A stretch of 37,589 bases of DNA, taken from positions 1 through 37,589 of the IMG/VR virus record IMGVR_UViG_3300045988_046639; one strand, given 5' to 3'. The notes under the pieces were generated by a model. The model was not told the DNA's origin and ran no database searches. It saw only the letters and a program-made list of their open reading frames with translations. Shown here one piece after another: positions 8,639-16,767 of the stretch; positions within the stretch are counted from its first letter, which is position 1, and the number at the start of each line of letters is the position of its first letter. This stretch comes from a virus. Made by a program: the position numbers and the translations under genes.

Positions 8639-9057
8639 TAATTAAGCTCCTTTCTGTATTTAATTTGAATAGTCAACGCATATACTGCTTGATTATCCTC
8701 ATTTGTGTATAGATATAAACCACTTGAAACGGAAACATCATCACAATATCTGTTTCCGTCTAGTTGTGGTAATTCTCCGCTTAAATTCTTTTCGTCAATC
8801 CAATTTTCTAATTCTTCTAGAAAAACATTGTTATCTTGTCTTTCTGATTCAATTTGTGTATTCCTACGTGCTAAAAATGTATAGTATTCTGTACGCATTT
8901 GAGAGCCGTCAATGTATGTATCTACAATTGCGTTAGGCTCTTTATACAACGCATAAGATATAGCTTGTTGAGCTAATACATCCGTTTCAATACGTTCATC
9001 TATCTGTATGTTTCCATAGCCATAAAGCCACTGAATCAATGCTTTTGATACTGTCAT
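8638..9057 (-). CDS. Head-tail joining / tail completion protein (minor-capsid-3-like)
   Basis: Synteny with Sfi11-type head-tail genes. ATGA overlap with the upstream gene. Confidence 0.45.
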   Translation of the reverse strand: MTVSKALIQWLYGYGNIQIDERIETDVLAQQAISYALYKEPNAIVDTYIDGSQMRTEYYTFLARRNTQIESERQDNNVFLEELENWIDEKNLSGELPQLDGNRYCDDVSVSSGLYLYTNEDNQAVYALTIQIKYRKELN

Positions 9058-9416
9058 TCACTGTCTCCTATCATTTGTTGTGCTTTCTTTAAGATTGTTT
9101 CTGCTCCACCATTTCGCATAGCTTTATCAAACCAATGGTCTGTTTTACCTCCTACAAAATGGGCATTCTCTTTATTGTAATACCACCGTCTCGCATATGG
9201 TGCACTTGGTCCACCTTGCTTTACTAATCCACTACCGATTTGTGTCAATCGTGTAGCCGAGTTAATCAATGCTCCTGTATCTCTAGGCGTATAAGGGGTC
9301 ATAAGCCTAATAACTTCGGAGTCAATCATTTGTTGAACTCTGCCACGTTCTTCAAGTCCTCTTGATTGTTTAATTTTGGGGATTGATTCAACATCAAGTT
9401 TAACTTTGATACCTAT
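9054..9416 (-). CDS. HK97 gp10-like head-tail protein (minor-capsid-2-like)
   Basis: RLMTPYTPRDTGALINS motif. The likely start is ATA at 9416, overlapping the upstream TAG (ATAG). The ORF-track ATG at 9488 would overlap the upstream gene by 76 nt. Confidence 0.6.
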   Translation of the reverse strand: MGIKVKLDVESIPKIKQSRGLEERGRVQQMIDSEVIRLMTPYTPRDTGALINSATRLTQIGSGLVKQGGPSAPYARRWYYNKENAHFVGGKTDHWFDKAMRNGGAETILKKAQQMIGDSE

Positions 9417-9832
9417 TGACCGACCACTTCCCAATGCTTCAACATATCGACATTTGTACAATCTGTAACGCTTTGGATAGTTGTCCATTTATGTTTCTTT
9501 TTTGCTTCATTTATTCCTTTGATTGTAGATAAATCTTCTTCGACTTCTCCAAAGAATACGAAATCTGTTTTATCTGTATTTAATGTGAAGTGCTTTTGCT
9601 TTTCATCATTTGAAAGTTTGGCATATGCGTAAGGCTCAACATATCCTTCACGATATAGAATGGTAATATTTGTGGATGTGGCTATGCTCAGAATATTACC
9701 GTTCGCCGTTCTAACAGTTGATTGTCTCCACATACATTTATCAAGAATAGAAGCTTGAAATCTATCTTCTCTCGTTAACGTGTCATAGTAGTGATTTACA
9801 AGTGTAATTGAATCTTCGAAAAATCCTATCAT
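9413..9832 (-). CDS. Head closure / minor capsid-like protein
   Basis: ATG at 9832 forms an ATGA overlap with the upstream stop. Assigned by synteny. Confidence 0.45.
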   Translation of the reverse strand: MIGFFEDSITLVNHYYDTLTREDRFQASILDKCMWRQSTVRTANGNILSIATSTNITILYREGYVEPYAYAKLSNDEKQKHFTLNTDKTDFVFFGEVEEDLSTIKGINEAKKKHKWTTIQSVTDCTNVDMLKHWEVVGQ

Positions 9833-10176
9833 AATGCAATCCATCTTTCTTTCATTAAATCTGTATCTCCTAACCAAAAGGCTATGATATCCTCAAGCAT
9901 GTTCCTTTTATCCGAGTGTGTAGTGTTTATAAAGCTTTTGGAATATCCACCATTTGAGATACTTGATACACCATCAATTGAATCTTGAAAGATTACATTG
10001 TTTAATACATCGCAAATACAATCTTTTAAAGTGCTTTCGTTCTGTTCATTAATAGAATCAACATTCACATACTTTAACACCATTGCTTCGGCTTTGTAAG
10101 AATACTGATTGAATTGATTTTCATCAAATTTAGGAAAATGGGAATTGTAATATTCCCAATCTAAAATGTTGTTCAT
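9829..10176 (-). CDS. Head-tail connector (gp6-like)
   Basis: Position after the capsid gene and size of 115 aa. Confidence 0.45.
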   Translation of the reverse strand: MNNILDWEYYNSHFPKFDENQFNQYSYKAEAMVLKYVNVDSINEQNESTLKDCICDVLNNVIFQDSIDGVSSISNGGYSKSFINTTHSDKRNMLEDIIAFWLGDTDLMKERWIAL

Positions 10177-10196
10177 TTTACAACCCCCTTTTTATG

Positions 10197-10301
10197 CTAT
10201 TTTTCTTTTTGAGGTTTAGCTTCCTCTTTTTTTGTTTGAGGTTTACCTTTTTTAGGCTTTTCAACTTTAGAAGGATAACCCCATCCGATTTCTTTCGCCA
10301 T
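10197..10301 (-). CDS. Small Lys-rich peptide (34 aa)
   Basis: ATG overlaps the capsid gene stop (TAATG). Sequence is MAKEIGWGYPSKVEKPKKGKPQTKKEEAKPQKEK. It is below the ORF-track cutoff. Confidence 0.35.
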   Translation of the reverse strand: MAKEIGWGYPSKVEKPKKGKPQTKKEEAKPQKEK

Positions 10302-11170
10302 TACTTAGCACTAGCAGATAAGTAAATACCTGCTACCTTATTTTGATATACATCAACAATTCCATACTTACGATATTTCAATACATCTGAATCTGATTCA
10401 ATGTTATTGCTTGCAGGAATTACATTTGAAACGGTGTGTTTATCCCATTTCATAACGGCAGGTTTATGAACAATCAAGAAGTTGATTACGTGTCCATCTT
10501 CTGCCTTTTCGTATCCGCCCTCTAACTCTGTATCTTTTCCACTCAACAATTTGATTTTTGTATAGAAGCGACTAGCAGGTACAGGAACAACTTTTGCGAA
10601 TCCTTGTAAAGCTTCACGTGATTTGTAAGTGTCCAACGCCTTAACGCTATTTAATAATGTTGGTGTTGAATACAAGATACGTTGTTCGCTAGGAACTTCA
10701 TCCTCATCCATTTTAGTGATAGCCGTTAACAATGCGCTCAAGAACTCTTCTGCACCTGTATAATCTTCTGAAACCTTTGTGATTCCTGTTGTGCCGGCAA
10801 TCTTAGCGAATGTGTAAGCGTCTGCTTCCGGTGCAACCTTTGTACGCATTAATTCTGCTCCTGCCATGCCGAATGCAATATTCATTGATTCTGCGTTATC
10901 TTGTGTATCAACTGAGATTTTAGTTCCTCTATCATAGTCGAATGTAGCAGTTTTCCATTCTAACTTAACTGAGTTACCTGTATAACCACTGTTTCTATCG
11001 TAGTTTCCTAAACCTTTAACAGAAATTTGTGGATAAATGATTTCTTTTGCATTTGCTCCGGCTCGTACCATTGTAGCGTCTGCGTTTAAATCACCTGTAA
11101 CTGAAGCTAACTTATATACCTCATCCAAATTTGAGACATACGTTTTAGCTAATGTAATTTGATTTGGTAT
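10301..11170 (-). CDS. Major capsid protein
   Basis: Position after the scaffold gene. The frame opens right after a TAA. ATA at 11170 lies exactly 9 nt after AGGAGG and gives (M)PNQITLAKTYVSNLDEVYKLASVTGDLN, a capsid-family N-terminus. The ORF-track TTG at 11128 truncates it. Confidence 0.85.
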   Translation of the reverse strand: MPNQITLAKTYVSNLDEVYKLASVTGDLNADATMVRAGANAKEIIYPQISVKGLGNYDRNSGYTGNSVKLEWKTATFDYDRGTKISVDTQDNAESMNIAFGMAGAELMRTKVAPEADAYTFAKIAGTTGITKVSEDYTGAEEFLSALLTAITKMDEDEVPSEQRILYSTPTLLNSVKALDTYKSREALQGFAKVVPVPASRFYTKIKLLSGKDTELEGGYEKAEDGHVINFLIVHKPAVMKWDKHTVSNVIPASNNIESDSDVLKYRKYGIVDVYQNKVAGIYLSASAK

Positions 11171-11184
11171 TAATTAAATCCTCC

Positions 11185-11769
11185 TTATTTCTTTTCTGTA
11201 GTTAAGCCCATTGCCTGTCGTAGCAATAAATCTTCGGCGTTTGGGTTATCTCCTTGCCCACTGTTTCCAACGATATTTCCTTTGGCAACAGGTTCATTTT
11301 GTCTTTCTTCAAACAAGATTGGCTTATTCTCTTTCAAAGTTTTGAAAGCTTTGTCAATGTCATTTGTTTGGTCTTTTGAATTTAGTAAATCATCATAGTT
11401 GAATTGTGATTTTGCTAAATCAAAATCTTTACATCCGTATTCTTTAGCTTTTGCGCTTAATACAGAATCAAGATTCATTTTGCTAATCTGAGTTTCGTAT
11501 GTAGTTTTTTGAGTATCAATATCATTCGTCAATGTATTGATTTTTTTTCTCAATTCTTCTACATCAACTCCATCATAGCTTTTCTTGAAATCATCAAACT
11601 TTGTTTGAATTTCCTTTGCGTTATTCTCTGCTAAAGATAGCTTTTCTTTTTGCTTGTCGAACTCTGCAATCGTCTTATAGTTGTCATTTACTAGCTTTGT
11701 AATTGATTCCTCTTGTTCTTTGGTTAATTCAATGTTTGATTCTTTTAAAATTTCAATAATGTTTTTCAT
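11185..11769 (-). CDS. Scaffolding protein (GP20-like)
   Basis: Coiled-coil, acidic protein located before the capsid gene. ATG follows AGGAGGG. Confidence 0.7.
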   Translation of the reverse strand: MKNIIEILKESNIELTKEQEESITKLVNDNYKTIAEFDKQKEKLSLAENNAKEIQTKFDDFKKSYDGVDVEELRKKINTLTNDIDTQKTTYETQISKMNLDSVLSAKAKEYGCKDFDLAKSQFNYDDLLNSKDQTNDIDKAFKTLKENKPILFEERQNEPVAKGNIVGNSGQGDNPNAEDLLLRQAMGLTTEKK

Positions 11770-11847
11770 TTTGCCCTCCTAAAGTCTTTTATAAACCGAA
11801 TCTTCTCCGGTATGGTTTTGGCTAACTATATTTTAGCTTGAATAATA

Positions 11848-11864
11848 GCTCACATTGTGAGCGT
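11848..11864. repeat. Copy 2 of the hairpin 15-mer GCTCACATTGTGAGC
   Basis: The identical 15-mer also occurs at 20421-20435. This copy lies between the MuF-like and scaffold genes. Confidence 0.8.
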
Positions 11865-11865
11865 T

Positions 11866-13050
11866 TTAGCCGATTCTAAGCCTATCGTTGTGAACTCTAT
11901 CTCCCATTTCAGAACTAAAAGCTTTATACGTTGCATTTGCGTGTTTTAGCTTGATTTTGGCTTCTGTACTGCCTAACCCTTGATTGTCCAATAAGATTAT
12001 TTTCCTCTTTAATGCTCTGATATTTCTTTCTAGTTCTCTTTGATACTGCCTAGCTTCATATCCTTTATATTTTTTCCCTTGGAATGTGAAAGGTTTTGTA
12101 TCAATATTCTTTAACTGCTCTTTTGTGTAGGCATACGGCATATCAATATCCCATACAGGTTGAGCAAAGTGGCTACATCCATAGTCTTTTTCTTCTCCAT
12201 GCGTCAACTGAAACAAGCTAGGATATAGTTTCCCTTGTGTATCATATCGCTTCCCTTGCCACTTCTTATGAGTTGGTCTTGCATTTGCGTGAGCGTCAAA
12301 CTCAAATACAGTAACTCCCATATCTTTTGCACATTTATTGTTAATTTCTTGTGATGATTCTTTTTCTGCGTACTGCATTTGTTGTCTTACCCATACATCC
12401 ACATTTCTTTTAACGCCTGTATCATATTCAACAATCTTTACGCCACTGTCTGCTAGTTTAGAAATAGCTTTTCTACAAGAATCATCAATTGTGCATTTGC
12501 CACCTACTACATTTTTAACTTCTTCTTGAACTACCTTTGTAAAGAATACCGGTAGTTTATCTTTACCGATTGCATACGTGTTAGCACTTGTCTTGATATA
12601 TTTCTTCCAACGTTTTGCAGTTTCCTTTTGTGGATTCACATATGCAATATGTTTTGCAAGGCTTCCATCTATCTTTTTTTTAGTTGCTTCTTGAATTAAT
12701 TCTAATGTTCCATTCTTATTTTCTTCAAAATCCTTTTTTGATTCCTTGATTACATCTTTTTTTAGGCTTTTTGATTCTTTTTTTGTGAATTTACGCAAAT
12801 CCACGAGCGATTTTGCCAATATCTCATTAAATTTTGTGCTTTCTTCGGTGGCTTTTTCTAAAACTTCACGAATTTTATTAGACACGAATATCATCATTCC
12901 TAATTCAAACACACTAGCACGCTTTACACTTTTTCTTTCTCTTTCTTCAAGTTTTCTTCTTTTTTCAATCTGCTTTTGTAGGCGTTCTTGCTTCCTTTGC
13001 TCTTGCCGTTTTTTTCGTTCCTGTTCCCTTTGTTCTTCTTCACTTAACAT
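11866..13050 (-). CDS. Minor head / head morphogenesis protein (SPP1 gp7 / Mu F-like)
   Basis: C-terminal FEFDAHANARPTHKKWQGKRYD motif. ATG follows GGAGGG. Confidence 0.7.
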   Translation of the reverse strand: MLSEEEQREQERKKRQEQRKQERLQKQIEKRRKLEERERKSVKRASVFELGMMIFVSNKIREVLEKATEESTKFNEILAKSLVDLRKFTKKESKSLKKDVIKESKKDFEENKNGTLELIQEATKKKIDGSLAKHIAYVNPQKETAKRWKKYIKTSANTYAIGKDKLPVFFTKVVQEEVKNVVGGKCTIDDSCRKAISKLADSGVKIVEYDTGVKRNVDVWVRQQMQYAEKESSQEINNKCAKDMGVTVFEFDAHANARPTHKKWQGKRYDTQGKLYPSLFQLTHGEEKDYGCSHFAQPVWDIDMPYAYTKEQLKNIDTKPFTFQGKKYKGYEARQYQRELERNIRALKRKIILLDNQGLGSTEAKIKLKHANATYKAFSSEMGDRVHNDRLRIG

Positions 13051-13065
13051 TTATGTGCCCTCCTA

Positions 13066-13090
13066 TAGAAAAAGGGCATTTAAGCCCTTT
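13066..13090 (-). terminator. Rho-independent terminator after the xkdX-like gene
   Basis: The minus strand reads AAGGGC-ttaaat-GCCCTT followed by TTTTCT. It lies in the middle of the morphogenesis genes. Confidence 0.65.
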
Positions 13091-13106
13091 AAAACGCTTT
13101 TAAAGC

Positions 13107-13226
13107 CTATTTAATTAATTCTTTTCTCTGAGCTTCTGTAATCCATCCAATAGAAGCAAAGATTTCTAAATCATTCTTTGTAAATAAGCCTAATTCATAA
13201 TACGATTTGATTAATTCATAACTCAT
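13107..13226 (-). CDS. xkdX: XkdX-family small protein (39 aa)
   Basis: MSYELIKSYYELGLFTKNDLEIFASIGWITEAQRKELIK. It is below the ORF-track cutoff. The ATG lies immediately after the upstream TAG. Confidence 0.6.
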   Translation of the reverse strand: MSYELIKSYYELGLFTKNDLEIFASIGWITEAQRKELIK

Positions 13227-13227
13227 A

Positions 13228-13575
13228 CTACTTCACCCCATTCATCTGAGCTTTTAATTGAGCAATTTGTAGCATTAATTGTGCGTTAATCTTCTCTTGC
13301 TCAGTCGGTACTGCTTTTGGTTCTTCAATCGTTGGTTTATCTCCTTCTGCAACTTCAACCACTTTACCTTCTACAAATTTGTAGTTATATCTTCCGTGCT
13401 CATCAACTAATTCTTTTTCTAGATATTGACTTTGTGCATGTGCGTATTTATCGCCTTTCCCTTGGTCAATTTCTGTCATAGTCGACATTTCTTCTTGTGA
13501 TAAGAAAATATCTGAATTAATAGATGTGATGTATCCATCTTGTAAGGATACATATACTTTATATTCGTTTTCCAT
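13228..13575 (-). CDS. Fibre-module accessory protein, unknown function
   Basis: ATG lies 4 nt after AGGAGGAA. Position between the RBP-like and XkdX genes. Confidence 0.6.
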   Translation of the reverse strand: MENEYKVYVSLQDGYITSINSDIFLSQEEMSTMTEIDQGKGDKYAHAQSQYLEKELVDEHGRYNYKFVEGKVVEVAEGDKPTIEEPKAVPTEQEKINAQLMLQIAQLKAQMNGVK

Positions 13576-13583
13576 AGTTCCTC

Positions 13584-14465
13584 CTAATAGATTTCTGCGT
13601 CTAACTCAACGATTCCACCTGTATTACAGTTTCCAACCTTATTTGTTGTAGCAGTGGTAATGACTGTTAATCCACTGCTATTATTCACACTTGCCGAATA
13701 CTTTGATAGACCACTACTAGAGCTTTGTGAAAGGGTTACAGTAGGCTTTGTTCGCATACTTTGAACCACATGTGAAAATGAGTAATCAAAGTTCGATGTT
13801 GCTGAATAAAATACATGAAAGAAATAAATGTGGTTATAAAATTGCTTACATTTCATTAATTCCTCTGCCGAATTTGGAGCAACAAATTTTGTTGCTACTG
13901 AGCCTTGCTCTACTTTTGCATATTTCAAAGTCAGTGTTCCACTATTGACACGAATAACTAACTTTTCTATACCTTTACTAAACGTGAATGTGTTTAATCC
14001 ATTCTTCAAAGTTCCTATTTCTGTAGTTGAAGAACCATCAGATGGTCCTACAGATACTGTAGCAGTTCCACTTACACCAACGGCATAAACTTGAACGGTG
14101 ATATCTCCATCGACCGGAGTTTTTAACTGTTGAATCAAAGCTCCACCACTGTAAGTTGTTGGCGTGATAGTTACTGATTTATCTGAGTTAACTGTTAAAC
14201 TATGCCCATACAAATACCATCTATCAACTGAATATACTTTTTTTATTGTCTGAGCAACTGCACTAGTATAGCTAGTTTTCCCTCTTTGGTTGATATTGAA
14301 ATCCGGATTAATTAATAAATTCGGATTGCTAAATTTATTTCCTAGATAGTTTACTAATTGCGACAATAGCCCTTTTTTCAATCCTGCTCCGTTATGAACA
14401 GGCAATAGACTATTATCGGTAAAGCTAGGCAATGCATCTAATTCTGTTACTTGTTTTCCTGCCAT
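13584..14465 (-). CDS. Receptor-binding / tail-fibre-like protein
   Basis: ATG at 14465 lies 6 nt after AGGAGG. The N-terminus is MAGKQVTELDALPSFTDNSLLPV and the C-terminal half is beta-rich. Confidence 0.5.
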   Translation of the reverse strand: MAGKQVTELDALPSFTDNSLLPVHNGAGLKKGLLSQLVNYLGNKFSNPNLLINPDFNINQRGKTSYTSAVAQTIKKVYSVDRWYLYGHSLTVNSDKSVTITPTTYSGGALIQQLKTPVDGDITVQVYAVGVSGTATVSVGPSDGSSTTEIGTLKNGLNTFTFSKGIEKLVIRVNSGTLTLKYAKVEQGSVATKFVAPNSAEELMKCKQFYNHIYFFHVFYSATSNFDYSFSHVVQSMRTKPTVTLSQSSSSGLSKYSASVNNSSGLTVITTATTNKVGNCNTGGIVELDAEIY

Positions 14466-14466
14466 A

Positions 14467-14712
14467 TTATTCCTCCTTGATTTTATATTTCCAATCCGTG
14501 CCGACTTCTCCACTTGCTACTTCATAAGACCAATCGGCTAGAATTGTATTTCCTTTTTCATCTACTAATTCTTGTGCACTTGTAGCATTCAAATTTGTGG
14601 TAAAGTGGTTATTCATAACCATTTGATTTAAAGCATTATGTGATGTGGTTACAGACTTTATTTTCGAGACAAGCCACTGTATAGAAGCTTTGTCTTTGAA
14701 TACGAAGGACAT
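14467..14712 (-). CDS. Small fibre-module protein carrying the NHFTT...ILADW.YEV..GEVG.DW.YK module
   Basis: Its C-terminal ~47 aa are paralogous to the C-terminus of 15958..16767. Confidence 0.6.
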   Translation of the reverse strand: MSFVFKDKASIQWLVSKIKSVTTSHNALNQMVMNNHFTTNLNATSAQELVDEKGNTILADWSYEVASGEVGTDWKYKIKEE

Positions 14713-14715
14713 ATG

Positions 14716-15324
14716 CTAACCCCACATTGTGTTTAAATCGTTTGTTGTAATCGCCGTTAATTCTGATTTCTTAACATACGCCGATAAATCAATGTCTGTA
14801 TTACCAATCTTTTCATATGTCTTTGTCTCTGAAAGCCAAATATACTCATCATAAATATCTTGCGTGCCGTGTGAATGTGCTACCAAATAAATCACACCAT
14901 TTGAACCTGTAGCAGGTAAGCTAGTTACCTTTTCATATCTAATAGATGTAATATTACCTACTGCCGAATTAATCAACGATTGTACTTGTGATTGCGTTTG
15001 ATACCCTTTAGCCGTGATAATTGACTCAACGCTCGTCGCCGACTGATATCCATTGTCATTTGTTAATTGTGATGTCTTTGTAGGCACTGTAACATCCACG
15101 GCTTTTGAGCTTGGCGTTAATTTCGTACCATTTACCTTTACAGACTCAATCACATTCACTTGAGCACCACTTGCGATACCACTTAATTTTTGCTTTTCTG
15201 CGCTAGTATAGTCATTTGTCGATAAGCCTTTACCACTTACGACATCAACTTTCCCACCTAACGCCGATTTAATTTTGCTAATCAAGAGCGTTAGTCCACT
15301 CTTATCTAAATATTCAATAGCTAT
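14716..15324 (-). CDS. Fibre protein (GKGLSTNDYTSAEKQKL repeat type)
   Basis: ATA at 15324 lies 7 nt after GGAGG and gives (M)AIEYLDKSGLTLLISKIKSALGG. The ORF-track TTG at 15285 truncates this conserved-looking N-terminus. Confidence 0.65.
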   Translation of the reverse strand: MAIEYLDKSGLTLLISKIKSALGGKVDVVSGKGLSTNDYTSAEKQKLSGIASGAQVNVIESVKVNGTKLTPSSKAVDVTVPTKTSQLTNDNGYQSATSVESIITAKGYQTQSQVQSLINSAVGNITSIRYEKVTSLPATGSNGVIYLVAHSHGTQDIYDEYIWLSETKTYEKIGNTDIDLSAYVKKSELTAITTNDLNTMWG

Positions 15325-15335
15325 TCTTTTTCCTC

Positions 15336-15665
15336 CTATAGACTATTCCATAATTCATCTAGTTCGGTTGTTGATACAGATGTTACAGAACCTTCTGCCA
15401 TAGCTCCAATATCTTCCGGTGTATATACCGGTCTTGTTTCTGCTTTCGCCCACGTTGGAACTGTGGGGTCTATTTCTTCAACCTCTCCAATGATTTCATT
15501 ACCATTTAACTTAGGTTTGTTCTTTAGCTTGTTGTAATCACTTGTACCTTCAACAAACTTCTCATCTAAGCCTAAAGTTAATGTTTCTTTATCTTCATTG
15601 ATTTCAATTTGAAGCTTGTCTGATTCATCTTGTATATTCATTTGAATATCTTGCATTAGAATCAT
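15336..15665 (-). CDS. Fibre-module protein with an SDYNKLKNKPKLNG motif
   Basis: ATGA overlap with the upstream gene. The motif is common in phage fibre proteins. Confidence 0.55.
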   Translation of the reverse strand: MILMQDIQMNIQDESDKLQIEINEDKETLTLGLDEKFVEGTSDYNKLKNKPKLNGNEIIGEVEEIDPTVPTWAKAETRPVYTPEDIGAMAEGSVTSVSTTELDELWNSL

Positions 15666-15961
15666 GTAATCACTTCCTTATTCAATACTCTATATACCTT
15701 TGTTGTCTTGATAGGAGAAGCAATAGCAACTCCTCCTTTTGTAATCATTCTTAATTGAATGTTACAAGTTCCCTCTTTGAAATTGAGCGTTTCTTCTTGG
15801 CTTAACGATACTGAAATAGTATTTCCTTCAATGTCTAAATCACTTGATTCTTTTTTCAAGATATATCCGTTCTGTTCAAATACCACATAGATATTCTGCA
15901 TTTCATTTAAATCAATATCGTTTATTGTGATTTGAATTGTTGGCGTTGTTCCTTGTCTCAT
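15662..15961 (-). CDS. Small beta-rich structural protein
   Basis: ATG at 15961 forms an ATGA overlap with the upstream stop and follows AAGGTGA. Confidence 0.55.
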   Translation of the reverse strand: MRQGTTPTIQITINDIDLNEMQNIYVVFEQNGYILKKESSDLDIEGNTISVSLSQEETLNFKEGTCNIQLRMITKGGVAIASPIKTTKVYRVLNKEVIT

Positions 15962-16767
15962 GATTTCACCTTGTAAGTCCAATCTTTGCCTACTTCACCT
16001 TCATCAACTTCATACGCCCAATCTGCTAGAATCTCATGCCCATTCTCATCTACTAGTGTTCCATCTTCTGTTAATAAGATTGTAGTGAAATGGTTCTCCA
16101 TAATCATCTTTTCAATATTTGAAATTCTATTTGATAACTTTCCTGCCGTATTTGCGTCTAACGTATCTTTTACAGTTTCAAACCAATCATTGAACTCTGT
16201 TCTATTTGCGTTCATTTCAGATTCGTTCTGAGCCTTAATTTCTTTGAATAACTCAGTAACTTGAGTGAATAAATCCAACGATTGTACGCTCTTAATTGCA
16301 CTTGTAACTGCTCCACAACGTGTAGAATCTAATCTTGTATCAGTAATATCTGAGCCTTTAACTTCGCTTGCATTGCCTGTTATGGTGACCGTAGCTAATA
16401 CTAAATCGTAAATAGAATCACTTCTTGTGATTCCATCATTGATATCACTTGCTACTAAGGTAATGTTTCTGTATGCGTCATTATCATTCAATCTAAGAAT
16501 AATATTGTAGCTTTTAGTTGCGCTATTCTTTTCTAATGTGATGGTTTCGTCATCTTTCTGCCAATAGAACGCTCCGTTAATATTTGCTCGTCCTGCCTTA
16601 ACTGTAAGCGTTAAGCCTTGAGCTTTCTCAACTCTTAAATGGTCTGAACTAGAATCATCTACGAACACACCATTTGTAAAATAACTTGAGAACAATCTTC
16701 TGAAAGCGTCATATAATACTAATCTATCGCCATTTCTCGAAACGAATGGAAAATATGTAGTTGCTAT
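15958..16767 (-). CDS. Fibre/structural protein (YFPF...GDR N-terminal family)
   Basis: ATA at 16767 overlaps the portal stop (ATAG), 9 nt after GAGGGGGA. It gives (M)ATTYFPFVSRNGDRLVLYDAFRRLFSSYFTNGVF. Confidence 0.65.
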   Translation of the reverse strand: MATTYFPFVSRNGDRLVLYDAFRRLFSSYFTNGVFVDDSSSDHLRVEKAQGLTLTVKAGRANINGAFYWQKDDETITLEKNSATKSYNIILRLNDNDAYRNITLVASDINDGITRSDSIYDLVLATVTITGNASEVKGSDITDTRLDSTRCGAVTSAIKSVQSLDLFTQVTELFKEIKAQNESEMNANRTEFNDWFETVKDTLDANTAGKLSNRISNIEKMIMENHFTTILLTEDGTLVDENGHEILADWAYEVDEGEVGKDWTYKVKS

